This document shows, in pieces, positions 36,850-50,040 of a DNA stretch of 64,000 nt (position 1 is its first letter; each line of letters opens with the position of its first letter). Source of the DNA: Torpedo marmorata. Lineage: Eukaryota. The notes under the pieces were generated by a model that saw only the letters and a list, made by a program, of their open reading frames with translations, was not told where the DNA came from and ran no database searches. The stretch spans positions 38,998,001 through 39,062,000 of the forward strand of contig OZ360230.1 of assembly GCA_977017645.1 (NCBI GenBank), written 5' to 3'. The translations under genes were made by a program, and so were the position numbers.

Positions 36850-37773
36850 AATATCGGAAAACCTGGCAAATTCCTACGGATGTGTGGTGGAAAATGTGCT
36901 GACTGGCTGCATCACGGTCTGGTATGGGGACACCAGTACCCCTGAGCGTAAAGCCCTGCAAAAAGTAGTGGACTCAGCCCAGGACATCACAGGTAAAACA
37001 AGGCCTGGATTAACCATTAAGCAAAATAAGCACGTGCTTAGGGCACCAAGGGAAGGGGGCACCACAGAGTTTTTTCCAGTGCCGGATTTACCATGGTGCA
37101 GCTGAACTAGGGCCCCTCAAAAAGGGGGCCCCCCACAATAAATGAAAAAAAAACCATATACATGCAGGCTATATTTAATATAGTTGTGGGGTCTGCCCTG
37201 GAAGAAAACTGAATTTTTAATCTATTATTTCACATTCAGCACTTATTGAGTCTTAATGTCTTGTCAGTTAGACAATGGAAGGATCAAGGGGGAACCATTG
37301 TTGGGCTGTGCTTCGGGCATCAGTTGGCCTTAATCCGGCCCTGGGTAAAACCCTCCCCATCAACGAAAGAATCTACAGGGAACGCTGCTGTCGGAGAGCA
37401 GCAGCAATCATCAAGGATCCATCTCACCCAGCACACACTCTGTTCTCGCTGCTACCATCAGGAAAGAGGTATAGGTGCCAAAAGACTCGCACCACCAGGT
37501 TCAGAAACAGCTGCTACCCCTCCACCATCAGAATCCTCAACGACAAACTCAATCAGCGACTTATTTAAGGACTCTTCCTTTTACATTTTATTGATTTTTT
37601 TCTCTCTCTGTATTGCACAGTTTGTTTACATTTCTTTATTTGTTTACATGTGTACGTTGTCAGGTTTTTGTTGCACTACCAATAAGTGATCATTCTGCCT
37701 TGACCGCAGGAAAAAGAATCTCAGGGTTGTATGTGATGTCATGTATGTACTCTGACAATAAATCTGAAATCTG
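36850..37773 (+). mobile_element. Rex1/Babar 3' fragment interrupted by a hAT MITE
   Basis: YGCVVENVLTGCITVWYG..QDITGK continues after the insert as TLPINERIYRERC..HPAHTLFSLLPSGKRYR; tail AATAAATCTGAAATCTGAA. Confidence 0.92.
37000..37343. mobile_element. hAT MITE
   Basis: Perfect 8-bp TSD GGTAAAAC (36992-36999 / 37344-37351); imperfect 14-bp TIRs of the CAGGGCCGGATTAA type. Confidence 0.88.
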
Positions 37774-37984
37774 AATATTCTAGGTTGTGTTAGACTGAGC
37801 AATTGTTCAGTACTCTACTTCTCTCAATACAATAGTATAGAACTAATATAGCTTAATTTTGGAATGTATTGAATGTAGTCAAAATTTCTTTTACTAATAT
37901 TGCTACAAAATGATTCTATTTAACCCACATTTCATATTTTCTCCCATATTATTACTAAATAATTTAAATTTTTTTAAATTAAAC

Positions 37985-38222
37985 TTGTTTTAAATTAGAC
38001 GTACCGCACGATAACAGACCCTTCTGGCCTACAAGCCTGTGCCGCCCAATTAACCTACAACCCATACGTTTTGAAGGGTGGGAGGAAACCGGAACACCCA
38101 GAAGAGAGCCACGCAGACACAAGGAAAATGTACAAACTCCTTATAGACAGCGCCTGATTCAAACCCGGGTCGCCGGGGATGTAATAGCGTTGCGCTAACT
38201 GCTACTCTAACTGTGCCACCCC
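37985..38222 (-). mobile_element. HE1-like V-SINE, full length
   Basis: Reverse complement of the 14791-15045 family. Confidence 0.9.
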
Positions 38223-38999
38223 TGTAATAAACCTTCAAATCTTCAAGTCCAATGAGCACTAAAAAGAAAGCCTCCCTCAGCTCTTTCATTATTCTGCATT
38301 GTCCTGAAACTGCTTTTCCACCCACTATTGTTTTGTCTGCATGCTAAAAAAGTTGCTTACAATATCCTTATCCTTGTCACTTACCCTTTTATTTAAAAAA
38401 AACACCGTGAACAAATTGAAAATGATGGGTTTTTTGATAGTACATTTCAAACATGAGCTACTTTTTTTTATTAATTGCCAACTTTTCTCTTTTAACTCAT
38501 TTATTCAAACAACAGCACATGTTTATCACTTACGAGGGCTTCTTCTTTAGCTATTAATCTTTGTAACATTTGTTCAAAGTGTTTATGAAAATGCCAACTT
38601 TGGATTATCCATCTATTCAGCCTGTCAGGAATTTCTTCCACAGAAATACAATAGAAAATTATTTAAATATGGACTTAAAATGTGTTTTCCAGTGCTGGTC
38701 CACTAGATCTGTCAAAGACTTCCCCTGTAACTAATGTTAAAAGTTATTCTATTATTTACAGGTATGTCTCTTGACACTATTTTATAACATAATCAGGCAA
38801 GGCACTTTTCAAAACATCAGAGAATTGCAAGCCACAAATGACCATTGATTAGAAAACAAAGAGGCTGTGGTTACAGGTTAGGTTTGATGAGGAATGGTTT
38901 TCTCATTATAGGAGGTTGCTATTGTGAAAGGATGTATTGATGCAGGGAGAACTAGGTCAATGATTGGTGTTGATGGGAGCTGATGCTATTCAATAAGTA

Positions 39000-39235
39000 T
39001 GATATGGATACTTTTTACTCTCTCCAACTTCCAAACACCCCCTTCCTAATGGTTTCTCCCTTTACCTATCTCTCCACATTTCACACCTTCTGTCCTATAC
39101 TCATCACCTCTGAGCCCCTCCCCAACTTCTTTCCATCTTTATTCATGTAACTTTACCCATTTTATCTTAGTCTTGATAAAGGGTTCAGCAATTCATTGTC
39201 TGCTCAAGATTCCAACATCAGTAGCTTTTGCATTT
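39000..39235 (+). mobile_element. Penelope-related terminal fragment
   Basis: Pyrimidine-rich linker, then TCTTGATAAAGGGTT and GATTCCAACATC.GTAG, as in the Penelope terminal segments. Confidence 0.55.
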
Positions 39236-39742
39236 CTCTATCATGATATAGAGATGCTCTACAGACTGGTTTCCTTTACTTATATTCAAATTTGTTTTTT
39301 CATTCACTGAATTGACATCACTACCTCCTTGAACCAAATTGCACAATAGATCATTGTGGAGTTTATTACATTGAAGTCACATATACACCTGAATATGACA
39401 TTCATGAATCAGATGGGTTGAGCTACAATCAGATAACTGTAATAGTTACATGGTAACTATTACAGATACTAATAATTTATTCCAGGATTATTTAATTAAA
39501 ATGATTTAAATTCCCCAGCTGCCACTTTTCCAGGTCTCTGGGTTATTAATCTGGTAATGTAACCACGAAACCTACTATACTCATATGTTTATCTTAATAG
39601 TGACTCGGAAAGTGCCTCTCATTGTTAGATTGGTCTTTGCTTCAATGACACTGGGGCAGCCTATTGCACTTTATGGGTTTTCGAATAAAAGGGCCAGCGT
39701 CAATCATAAGCATTTTTGAGAAGGTTCCTTCACTGTGTAAGG

Positions 39743-39820
39743 ATGCCATAGGTGCTCTGTGGTTAGTAAGGGATTACTTAAAGTGGTATGTGAGTGGGAG
39801 AAAAAGGTTGAGAACCACTG
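39743..39820. mobile_element. Half copy of the palindromic hAT MITE
   Basis: Right arm only, flanked by a perfect 8-bp repeat GTGTAAGG (39735-39742 / 39821-39828). Confidence 0.9.
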
Positions 39821-42557
39821 GTGTAAGGGATGAGGTGTGCACTTTCCTTTTGATTACATGATTGACATCAATCATTTTGGAAGTGCTTCTGAGAATCGTC
39901 AAGGGGAAATAAAAAAAAATTAAATAGACTTTGTAGCATTAGAAATGTCTAATTGTGGAGAATGGGAGGAGCAGCAAACTGTGATTGGAGGGGAAACGGA
40001 CTACAGATGTTAAGCTGGAAAAAAACTATTTTTAAAATAGGAAAAACATGAAATTTTGTCCAAACCCATGAAGCTCCAGGGTGCTGCAGGGTATTAGAAA
40101 AATATATCAAAAGATTTGAAGAGTATAGCTTGTCATCGTCAGGTGGGTTCCAATAAAAATATTTGGCTACTCCACATTTTCCCATCTGGTTTCACTGGTC
40201 TGCCATATTTAATAAAAAGCTAAAAACTGAACATTTTTAAAAATTCTTTAGAACAGCTGCTGCCTTAGTTTATAACATTTATCACCAGTGGAGCTCATTC
40301 AACAGCCCTTTCTGAAGTGTGTCATTGCCACCAGTTTAAATGTTGTGTCAAAATAATCTCGGATTGTAAAGTTGAGGCGAATTCAAACCAGTTCCAGTCA
40401 TTCCAAAGTCTGACTTTAAGCATAAAATTAGAAGCTGTTGAACCAATATTTTATAAAGAACATGAAAGCCAATATCTTACTTGTATGTTCTTAATGACAA
40501 GAACTTGTACAGCACAGAGGGATCCCCAGACTGCAAGAAATTTCCACAAGGGGGAACTAAGCAATGGAAAATTTATTCTGTGCATGGACTTGTCTGCAAC
40601 ACTTATAGAACAGTATAGGTCTGATATTATACATATCACACAGTATGGTCACATTGCCTAATTTAATCAAGTTTGAATGGTTTATTGGGGAGGACACATG
40701 CAGAGTAAATGAGACAGTTAGTAGGCCACCTGCAGGACACCAATCACATGTAGCACACAGCATTAATTGAACAAGCTTTTCATCAAATGATTAGAAATTC
40801 AGTCCAGGTGAAAATGGTCAAAGGTTGTAATGCAAAACAAACTAATAGTGAATCAGTAGCCCTCTTACACCAAGTTCAACTTTCTATTCCAATGATGTAA
40901 ATAGGCCATAGTAACTCACTATTAATCAATCTTCCTTCTCCATGGGTTAAGACCCATTTAATTGTCTATATTTTTCAAAGCAAAAGTACATTATAGTACT
41001 GTATACAATAGTTTGATAATTGCTGGAATCCATTGTGTCTCTTTCATTTGCACATAACCTCTATTTGTAGAAATCATTGCAAAATACTGCCACCATTTGA
41101 AACCCCTAGCCTACTATCAATTTGGCACGACCTTTGGTGCAGAGGATTCTGCATGTTCAGAAATATGGTAATAGCACAAGATATTTGAGGTAAGCAAGGC
41201 TTATCCTATTGAATTCTTCCTCTAGAAATAATTAGCATTCCCTATCACTGCATCTTGGTATTTCTTACATCCTGATTAACTCTGAAAAATGTCCATTGCC
41301 TCGGATAGTTTTTAGACTTTGAGAATACGATCTAAACAATATTTAGGCCCTTGCATAAACTTATCTTTAATATTTTTCCAAATAACAGGGCTGACCTAGG
41401 TGAGTAAATTTCAGGCCTGGCACACTCAAAATTACTAAGCACCACTGGGGCCTTGCGAGAGGCTACAGTCACCACAATTACCACAGTATTTCCAAGGATT
41501 GCTACAAGAACTGACTGGCCACACTTCCATTGTTCTCTCTTATCCCACCCGAAGGATCAAAGGGGTGACGTTCATTGGCTGCAATGGGCAAGCTGCCTGT
41601 GGTGGCACAGCAACTCACCCAAGTCATTAAAGTAAGAGCCAAGGTCCAATTTTAGGCCAGCCTCGGGTCTCTGAGTTGGGGCACGTGCCACCTGTGTGGC
41701 TCCAACTTCAAGCCAGGAAAAAAGACTCAGACAACTTTCAGCTCCCAGATTTCTCAATAGTCCTTACTCTATCGTTCAGCCCTGTGTGGCTCTTCTCTGA
41801 ACTGGCTCCAATTCTTGAAAGACTGAACAAAGCACTATACAGTTTTTGTGCAACTTCTTCCAACTGGTAACTGAGCTTTCTGTACAAGCGAACACTCTGT
41901 TTGCTTTGTTGATTGATGCTTGGCAGCAAGTGGACATGTTATTAACACTCCTACATCTCTGAACCACCTCCTAAGCTGTTCCAACAGTATTTATAAAAGT
42001 ATTTTATCACCTTTTTCTTTAAAATGCATTTGCTCATTGAATTTCATTTGCCTGCAGCCCACCCACTAGTACGTTAACTCATTTTGTAAGTCTGCACTTT
42101 CCCAGTCTCAGTTGATTTGGTTTCACCTGCAAACTGGACCATTTTTTTCTCTAAGCTCGCATTCAAATCTCAAGCCTGCTGCCTTCTATTTGTTAAATAG
42201 GCTCATGCTGGGCTGCATTCAAACACATATGAACTTCCAACTGGCCATTATTTTTCATTCATCTGTGATCTCAGCAAGTTTTCATTTTAAAATCTAACCC
42301 TGCTTTCATATCAAAAATTCAACCAGAGGTTTGGAAAAAGAAGCTCAAATCAAGCAAAACCCTTAACCATAATCATAAAAAGTCCAATGAAAAATTCCAT
42401 TCATTTGTTTGAAATACTTAAATCATCTTTCTTTTTCCAGCAATAACTGATTGGGATAATTTTGTCTTGAATAGTGATGTAAAATGCATGAATAGCCATT
42501 AAACTTCTCTTCTGATTAATATTTGGAAACAAAAACTGAGAGAGGTTTTATATGTTT

Positions 42558-43059
42558 TGGTCAATAAGATGGAAAGAGTGCAGAGAAGATTTACTCGGAT
42601 GTTGCCCGGACTTCAGGAACTGAGTTACAGGAAAAGGTTAAACAGGTTAGGACATTTTTCCCTGGAGCATAGAAAAATGAGGGGAGATTTTATAGAGGTA
42701 TTTAAAATTATGAGGGGTATAGACAGAGTAAATATAGGTAGGCTTTTTCCACTGAGGGTAGATGAGATACAAACCAGAGGACATGGGTTAAGGGTGAAAG
42801 GGGAAAAGTGTAGGGGGAACATTAAGGGAAACTTCTTCACACAGTGAGTGGTGAGAGTGTGGAACAAGCTTCCAGCTGAAGTGGTGAATGCGGGCTCAAT
42901 TTTAACATTTGGGAGGAATTTGGACATGTACATGAATGGGAGGGGTTTGGAAGGCTATGGACTGTGTGCAGGTTAGTGGGACTAGGCAGAAAAATAGTTT
43001 GGCACAGACTAGAAGGGCCAAAGGGCATGTTTCTGTGCTGTAAAGTTCTATGGTTCTAA
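42558..43059 (+). mobile_element. CR1 3' fragment, young
   Basis: ERVQRRFTRMLPGL..SY..RL..LG.FSLE.R.MRGD.IEVFKIMRG..TRGH..FFTQ; TTCTATGG tail. Confidence 0.95.
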
Positions 43060-44374
43060 GTTTTGCACTATTCCAGTTTTAAGTGTGTTACTTGGGTTGG
43101 TGCCCCTTTGCATGTTGATGAGGATATCAACTGGTAAAAGAATTTCATAATGCTTTCCACACTATATGTAAAGGTAAACACAGCGATGAGATCAATATCA
43201 CAATGTCAACATATTAGCAGTTGGAGATCATGCTATTAATATATGAAATTTTAAAAAGCATTGCAAAGTTTAGACTGCAAAACATATAAAGAGGCATTTG
43301 TTTCCAACAGAGCAGAAAACAATAAATATTAGGGATCCTTCAAACCTACTTGATTTGAATTATTCCACAGCTCTTTTCCTGGACAGTAAGCTGTTTCCAG
43401 GACAATGGATTCTTTATTTTGGCACAGGAAAATGACAGAGCCATATGATAGTACTGGAGACAAATCCAAGTACTGGCCATTTAGCTTTAAGCCTGAATGT
43501 AGGTGATGGAACATAATCTACAAGGGGATAAGAAAGCTGAAGGTTTTGGGACAGGGAAACAATGTAATGGAATTCATGGTTTAAGTTGTCACAACTAGAT
43601 TTGAATTCTTATTTTCATCTTCAATACACCTACCATTTAATTTTGAAAAGATTTTAAAATATTTGGAATTATCATTGGAATAAAGACTGATAAATCAATA
43701 CATTTTAGGCAATGAAATGCCTATCACCAAACACCAATAGTTATCTGCATACAAACCCTCTTTTCAGCGCTTTGGATCTCTACAACATACTTGGCTGTTA
43801 ATCCCTCCTCACATAGTGATATGGTTGTCTAGGTATGTCTCTGTTTATACAACTTTCAAATACTATTTATGTGACAGCTACTTTTCCCCACCCTTCAAAA
43901 GTCATGATACATTATCTTTTTAAACCCCATAATGATGACACACAGCAGATAAACACCCCAAAAAAAACCAAAAGTGTCCAAAAGATCATTTTTCAACATT
44001 TCGATATGGCTGAAAGATACAAGAAAAAAAGACCAAAGATTATTGCTTCTTTATCAATGTCTGCATTTCATTTGAGATGGAGAATACAAGAGGGAATGAA
44101 ATGTCTACCATCATTAAAGCAGGCATAAATAAAAGGATTAAGAATGCACCAAGTGATTTCCCAATTGCTTCCCACTGTTCTGACTATGCTAACCTCATAA
44201 TAAAGTGTAATTATTATTAAAAGTTGGTAAAAGAAAATCAAATGTTTATTTGTTATTTTAAATCTGCAATTTGCTTCTGTATGTTCAATGACAAAAAAAA
44301 ATAGAGAAGGAATTGCCTGTCTAAATATGTTCAATTCTCTTTCCCATCAGAATGGAAACCTTTGAAGAGTCAAG

Positions 44375-44745
44375 ATATGGTGCCATGCCTGTGAGAAGGT
44401 CAAAGGACTCGAGCCTTACTTCAGACGTTTTTAGCACAATGCACACTGACACTATATTGAGGGTGATACCTTCTTTGGGGCTTCTCGGGTGAGCACAGAT
44501 GTTCAATGGTTAGGTTATTTGAAGAAAACCAGAGTTCCCCAGTGTCTTGGTTATTATTTATCCTGTACCAAGCATCAACAAAATTCAACATCATTTTCTG
44601 ATCATACCACTGATTAGTGTTTGTGGAGCATTGCTGTGTTAAAAGTGCTTCCTGCTTTGTTTTACATCAGTAGTTCATTGGCAGTCCTACACCTGAGAGA
44701 GTTCTGAAGTAACAAAAGGTGTGGCATAAATGCAAGTCCTTTCCT
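44375..44745 (+). mobile_element. Deu-SINE, decayed
   Basis: TATTTGAAGAAAACCAGAGTTCCCCAGTGTCTTGG..TATTTATCC Deu-like core; tail AAAGG..ATAAATGCAAGT. Confidence 0.68.
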
Positions 44746-45049
44746 CTTGCATAAACATTTCTGCTCATATAGCCATGGCATTGGACCTTTCTGTAAAGCT
44801 GTCAGCTCCTTCATCTGCACCATTGGTGCTCAATTCATAATGAAAATACCAGGGATATGCTTTAGCCAAATCCAAATTGGAGTCACAAACAAGACAAAAT
44901 CAACAGCAGAAACCAACTTCAAAAATGAAGAATGAAATTAAGAGATTTATACATTCATTTATATTTTCATCACTTGTGATGTTTAAGTATCTCATTCTTA
45001 CATCATTAATTACTTAATATGTGTATTAATATTTATTTTATTGTAATAT

Positions 45050-45205
45050 ACACAGAAATGCTACAAACACACTGCAGGACCAGTAGCATCTGTGGAGGAA
45101 GTGAAATTTTTCAGCCCAATGGCTTTTTATCAAACTATACTCTTAACCTTTTTTCCCTCTTTCCATAAATACTGCTTGACCTGCTGAGCATTTCCAATTT
45201 CTAGC
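45050..45205. mobile_element. Short Penelope-related element with inverted ends, decayed
   Basis: AATGCT..CAG..GCATCTGTGGAG on the left and TTTCCATAAATACTGCTTGACCTGCTGAGCATTTCC on the right. Confidence 0.55.
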
Positions 45206-45331
45206 ATCTACTGCTTTTTGCTTTTGGACATCTTTTCAAAATTTTCATTATGGAAAAGTAAAATGTGTAAATGAATATTTTGGCTCAAACCATAGGATAA
45301 AATATTAATATCAGTATGACAAACTCTATTA

Positions 45332-45492
45332 CAGTGGTTCTCAACTTTTTTTCCCCCACTCACACACCACCTTAAGTAATCCCTTACTAACCACAGAGCA
45401 CCTATGGCATAGGATGCCATAGGTGCTCTGTGGTTAGTAAGGGATTACTTAAGGTGGTATAAGAATGGAAAGAAAAAGGTTGAGAACCGCTG
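45332..45492. mobile_element. Palindromic hAT MITE, same family as 24433
   Basis: TIR CAGTGGTTCTCAAC; perfect 8-bp TSD CTCTATTA (45324-45331 / 45493-45500). Confidence 0.95.
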
Positions 45493-47624
45493 CTCTATTA
45501 CAAATATTAAAAAAGCCTTATTACTAAACAGTCATGTGAAGAAGAGTAGATAAAATATGAAAGGTCTATCCATGTCTTCAGTGTTTGGTTTTATTATCCA
45601 AGTTATCAAGGGAGAAGCTCATAATTCTAGTGTCATTTGCAAAATTGGACCATTCTCTGATTCCTTGCCACTCACTAAACACAAGGAATCTGAAATGCCA
45701 ACAGTTGCCAGGCTAATAAGGGTGACATGCTCTCCACTCAGAGACAAGGTGATGCATTTGGCAACCTAGCCATATCATGGGCCACATGCAAGTTGTGCTG
45801 ACAGATCTGAAAGGCAGATTGCTGACCCCAGTCTTGCCTCCAAGTGGAAAAGAATATACCTGGCAAAGCTAAAGCTAGCTTGCAAATGCAAAATTGGCAG
45901 CATAGGAAACTCTCACCTGCTGCTGTTGGTGTCTTTGTGGAGTGGTAGTAAATATTCTCTAGCAAATTAAAGTTTGGTTCCAGTGTATTCCAGCTCCAGG
46001 AATATCTGCAGCCATTCTGGCATATTCCTGTCCAGGTTAGTCTGGGAATCCATTGGGATGAGTGAACAGAAAAATACAGACCATTGCTCAGAGTCAGAGC
46101 ACACACAGTGTATTGTAAATAAATTAGAATGCTCTCTGCTAGTGTTCAGACACTCTCTGCTGCAACTATATACTCCACATCTGGATGAATGAACTTTGGC
46201 TTTTATAATCATTAAGTGGGTCATTAACTCTTTAAAAAGCATTAAAGGGTCATTATTTATGGTGCATCATCATTGGCTGATATCTTTCCATTACTACTAA
46301 TGAAATCCACTTTCAAGTTTCAGCATACAGGTATGCATTCCACCAGTTCACTTTTGGTACATTATTTATTGGACATGACATATGTCATTTCTCCCTTCTT
46401 CAGAAGAATAAGTACATGTTTATTGATCCACAGTATACTTAGAGAAAACAATCAGAAGCTTTACTTTGTTGCCTAATGTGTGGTATAAAAATTTGCTGAA
46501 TCTTCATTTCCAAAGACTAACAACTTTAGTCAAGGGTTAAGTGCTGTGTCATGAGGTCAGGTGAAGTAAAGACACCAACAGAGATTGGTTGGGCCAAATG
46601 GTCTGCTTTTGTGTTGTATATTTTAGGTTATTCTACACTAGAATGCACTGCATACCCTGCACATATTGCAACAATACATGTATTAATCAGATAATAACTA
46701 GTCTCAAGAGAAAGTTAGACTTTCATTTAGCACTGTGGCAATGTATTAATTCAGTCTGCGGCCCTCTACTTTACATGTGGTTACCTTCTACAAACTTAGC
46801 TTAAGTAAGTAACAAATATTTCATTATCTGATTATAGCTATGTTATGATGAAACATCTTCCCTAGATGTCAAAGCACATATTTAAAAATCAACAAAAATA
46901 TATATGTTCACTAACACGTTGGTACACAAAAATAAACTTTACAACAGTCTTACAAATCACATAAATGTTTATTTCTCTTCTGGCCATTTTCACCATTTAT
47001 CAATTGTGTGTCATATGATTGACCCTCAGGTCAGGCAACAGAACCTGCTTGAAATAAAACAAACTAACTAAATCTCCGGAGGTTATATTCAAATGTTCAA
47101 CGTTCATCTATTTCTTCACAAACCCATGTAAAGTTTGCAACAAAAATATTGGCCTCAATTTTCTGGTGGCAATGACAGGGAAACCATTGCCATCGCCATC
47201 ATTACTCTGTGCAACCGACAGGAACTTTGGGATTTCTGCACTCATGTAGTTTAGTGCAGAAATCCCAAAGTTGGTTTCAGTGATTAGGCCCTCCCTCGTT
47301 TGTTCTGTTGTATGTATTCTTGTCCAATCAAATCATGGGAATCACTTGAATTGACACAAGTTTAAATTATCTCCAGACTAGACTTGCTGAAGTATCCTGA
47401 AAGTTTGACACTTGTTTCTATGATATTTTATTAAGCCATAATTACTGCACACTAAATTCTTTGGTACTAATTATTGCAACTGTCTCAGATAAATGGTGCA
47501 ACACATCATTGAAGATTTATTTTAAAAGATTAATTTCTACAAATTCAGCTTCAACATCTTTATTTAACATTGTGTAGAGCTGCTTAGACAAAATATTGAG
47601 CTGTTTCTTCAATACCATAGGATC

Positions 47625-48678
47625 TAGGCCTCAGTGCCCCCCTCTGCAACTGGATCCTTGACATCCTGTCTAACTGTCCATAATCAGAGAAGATGGGTAA
47701 CAACAACTCCTCCATGATCACACTCAACACCAACATTCCTCAAGGATGTGGACTCAATCCTGTACTACTTCTCTGCCCATGCATGTACAGCTAAATACCC
47801 AATCAAACTCCATCTTCAAATTTGCCAATGACACCAGAGCTTGGTATCAAATAACAATGAGACAGAAGGCAGGAAAGAGATTGAAAGTCTGGTGACGTGG
47901 TGCTAAGAGAACAACCTCTCCTTCAATAAGATCAAGGAGGTGATCATTGACTTCACGAGAGGAGACAGAGTCCCTACCCCTGCCTACATTAATAGCATTG
48001 AGGTCGAATGAGCAGATCGCTTCAATTTCTTAGGAATAAATGTCTCCAGAGATCTGACCTGCAACAAGCACACTGATGTGACGGTCAAGAAAGCACACTA
48101 ATGTCTCTACTTTCTTTGAAGACCAAGGAAGTTCAGCATGTCCTCCTTATGCCTCCACAACTTCTACAGGTGCACCATCTAAAGCATACTTGCTGGATGC
48201 ATCACATGGGATGGGAGCTGCTCTACTCAAGATCGGAAGAAGCTCCAGAAGGTAGTGAATGCAGCTCAGAATATAACACAAACTTCCCTCCCTTCTATGG
48301 ACTCTATCTACATCTCCCGCTGCCTGGAAAAGGCAGTCAACATACTGAAAGGCGCATCACACCCAGGACACACTCTTTTTTCCCTCCTTCCATCGGGGAG
48401 AATGCTTAAAAGTGTGAAAGCACGCACCAACCAGCTTAAAGACAGTTTCTTCCATGCAGCCATCAGGCTCCTGAATGAATCCCATAATAATTCTCTCATA
48501 CTGCCCTTGCTTGGTGCTAATTGATGTTCCTTTTCATTGTAATCCTCTACTCTGTAAATTGTGGTCTTTACACAACTGTTTGTAATGTTAGAGATAACCT
48601 GTTTGTCTATTCGCTGAGGAACCTTTCTCGCTGCACAAGGGTTTTTTTTGTGACAAATATCTTAAACTTAACTTAAAC
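47625..48678 (+). mobile_element. Older Rex1/Babar RT fragment with 3' end
   Basis: CNWILD.L, PQGC, FKFANDT, HPGHTLFSLLPSGR..KDSFF.AAIRLLN; CTTAAA-type tail. Confidence 0.88.
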
Positions 48679-49514
48679 ATAAGACTTAAAAGTGGCCATT
48701 CATCTCAATCCCATCTTGAGTGATAGAAAATTGAGCCAATCTTGGCCTAAGCCCATCCTGGTATTTAAATAATAACTTTACTCTTTCATTTAATAGATTG
48801 ACCAGAATATTACTCTTACTACAAACTGATACAGACCTATTCCTACACTGTAGAACTGAGGCAAGTTTTCAGTCTCCCATTGCCTGGTACAGTTCCATGG
48901 CATCAGTCTAAGAGAAGGGAAATCAACCTTTTTGATCCATTAGATTTTTCCACATGTAGACACTGAACTCTAAATGTCTCTGGACCACCAGAGTCTGAAT
49001 GGAGTGCTGGCAAATTTGATAAATTACAAAACTATTCTACTAAAAATCTGTAGTCTTAAACTTGGCACAATATATGGCCTGACCTATCTTTTATCGAGTA
49101 TATTTAAAAAATACATATTTCAGAAGCTGAACTGTCTTACATTTATTGTCTTAGATCCGAATCTATGTAGGCACTACACTCTTACTATCCAATAGCTGAA
49201 TAAAGGTGACTGTCTTTTGACACAGAATGGGTTCTTTGGATATTGAGTTGCCTGCAATATCTTAGGTTTTGTATTTATTAAGAAATTCCTATTTATTACC
49301 TGACTGTGTTACATTTTATTTCAGTTTGCTCAATGGAACTTCACCATTGGCATTCCCAACAATTATCCCTCCATCTATTTCAGGTATCGGGTTCCAGAGT
49401 CAACTATATAAGGTTAATGATTCCAAAATTCCATATCAAACAAGTTACCTTTATCCTCACACAGACCTGCTTGGCTCTCACTGTCTGAATTATAATATGA
49501 TGATAATCAAAACA

Positions 49515-49640
49515 ATCTGCAGACACTGAAAATCTAAAATTTAAAGCATAAAATGTTGGGAATACTTAGCTGATCAGGATGCATCTGTGGGAAGAGAAGT
49601 GGAGTTAATGTTTTCAGGCCGAAGACTTCAACAGAATAGA
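49515..49640 (-). mobile_element. Penelope-related terminal fragment
   Basis: CTGCAGACACTG..AATGTTGGGAATACTTAGC..GCATCTGTGGGAAG..TTTCAGGCCGAAGACTTCA. Confidence 0.6.
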
Positions 49641-49767
49641 ATATGACATTTTCAAATAACTGAAAATCCATCATTTGCTAGTTTGATGAAAGCTCTTGTG
49701 GCTGCATGCACAACAAGGACTGAAGTGTTTGTACTAAATGAACTCATTTGGGTTGGCAAGTGTAAAA

Positions 49768-50040
49768 GCACAATGCTGGAGAAACTCAGCTGCACTTTAT
49801 ATAGCAAAGATAAAGATACATAGCCAACATTTCAGGCTTGAGCCCTTCATCAGGGTATGAAAAAATGTAGGCAGGCACCTGAACAGAATGATGGGAGGAG
49901 CGGGGCAGGGGGAGGAGCACAGTCCCAAAAGCAGGAGGTAAGAGGTGGATAAAGGAGGGAGGGCACACTAGCAAACAGGGAGAGGGTGGATGGCTCTGTG
50001 AATGGAGAGGGAAGGGGTGGAGAGATGGAGAAAAGAAGAC
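49768..50040 (-). mobile_element. Penelope 3' terminal fragment with hammerhead-like core
   Basis: Homologous to 61600-61890; minus strand has CTGATGAAGGGCTCAAGCCTGAAA. Confidence 0.8.

Noticed and set aside
47253-47280. Resemblance of ..CCCAAAGTTGGTTTCAG to the 3' end of miR-551-3p
   Set aside because: Seed region mismatched and no miR-551 5p arm in the expected position.
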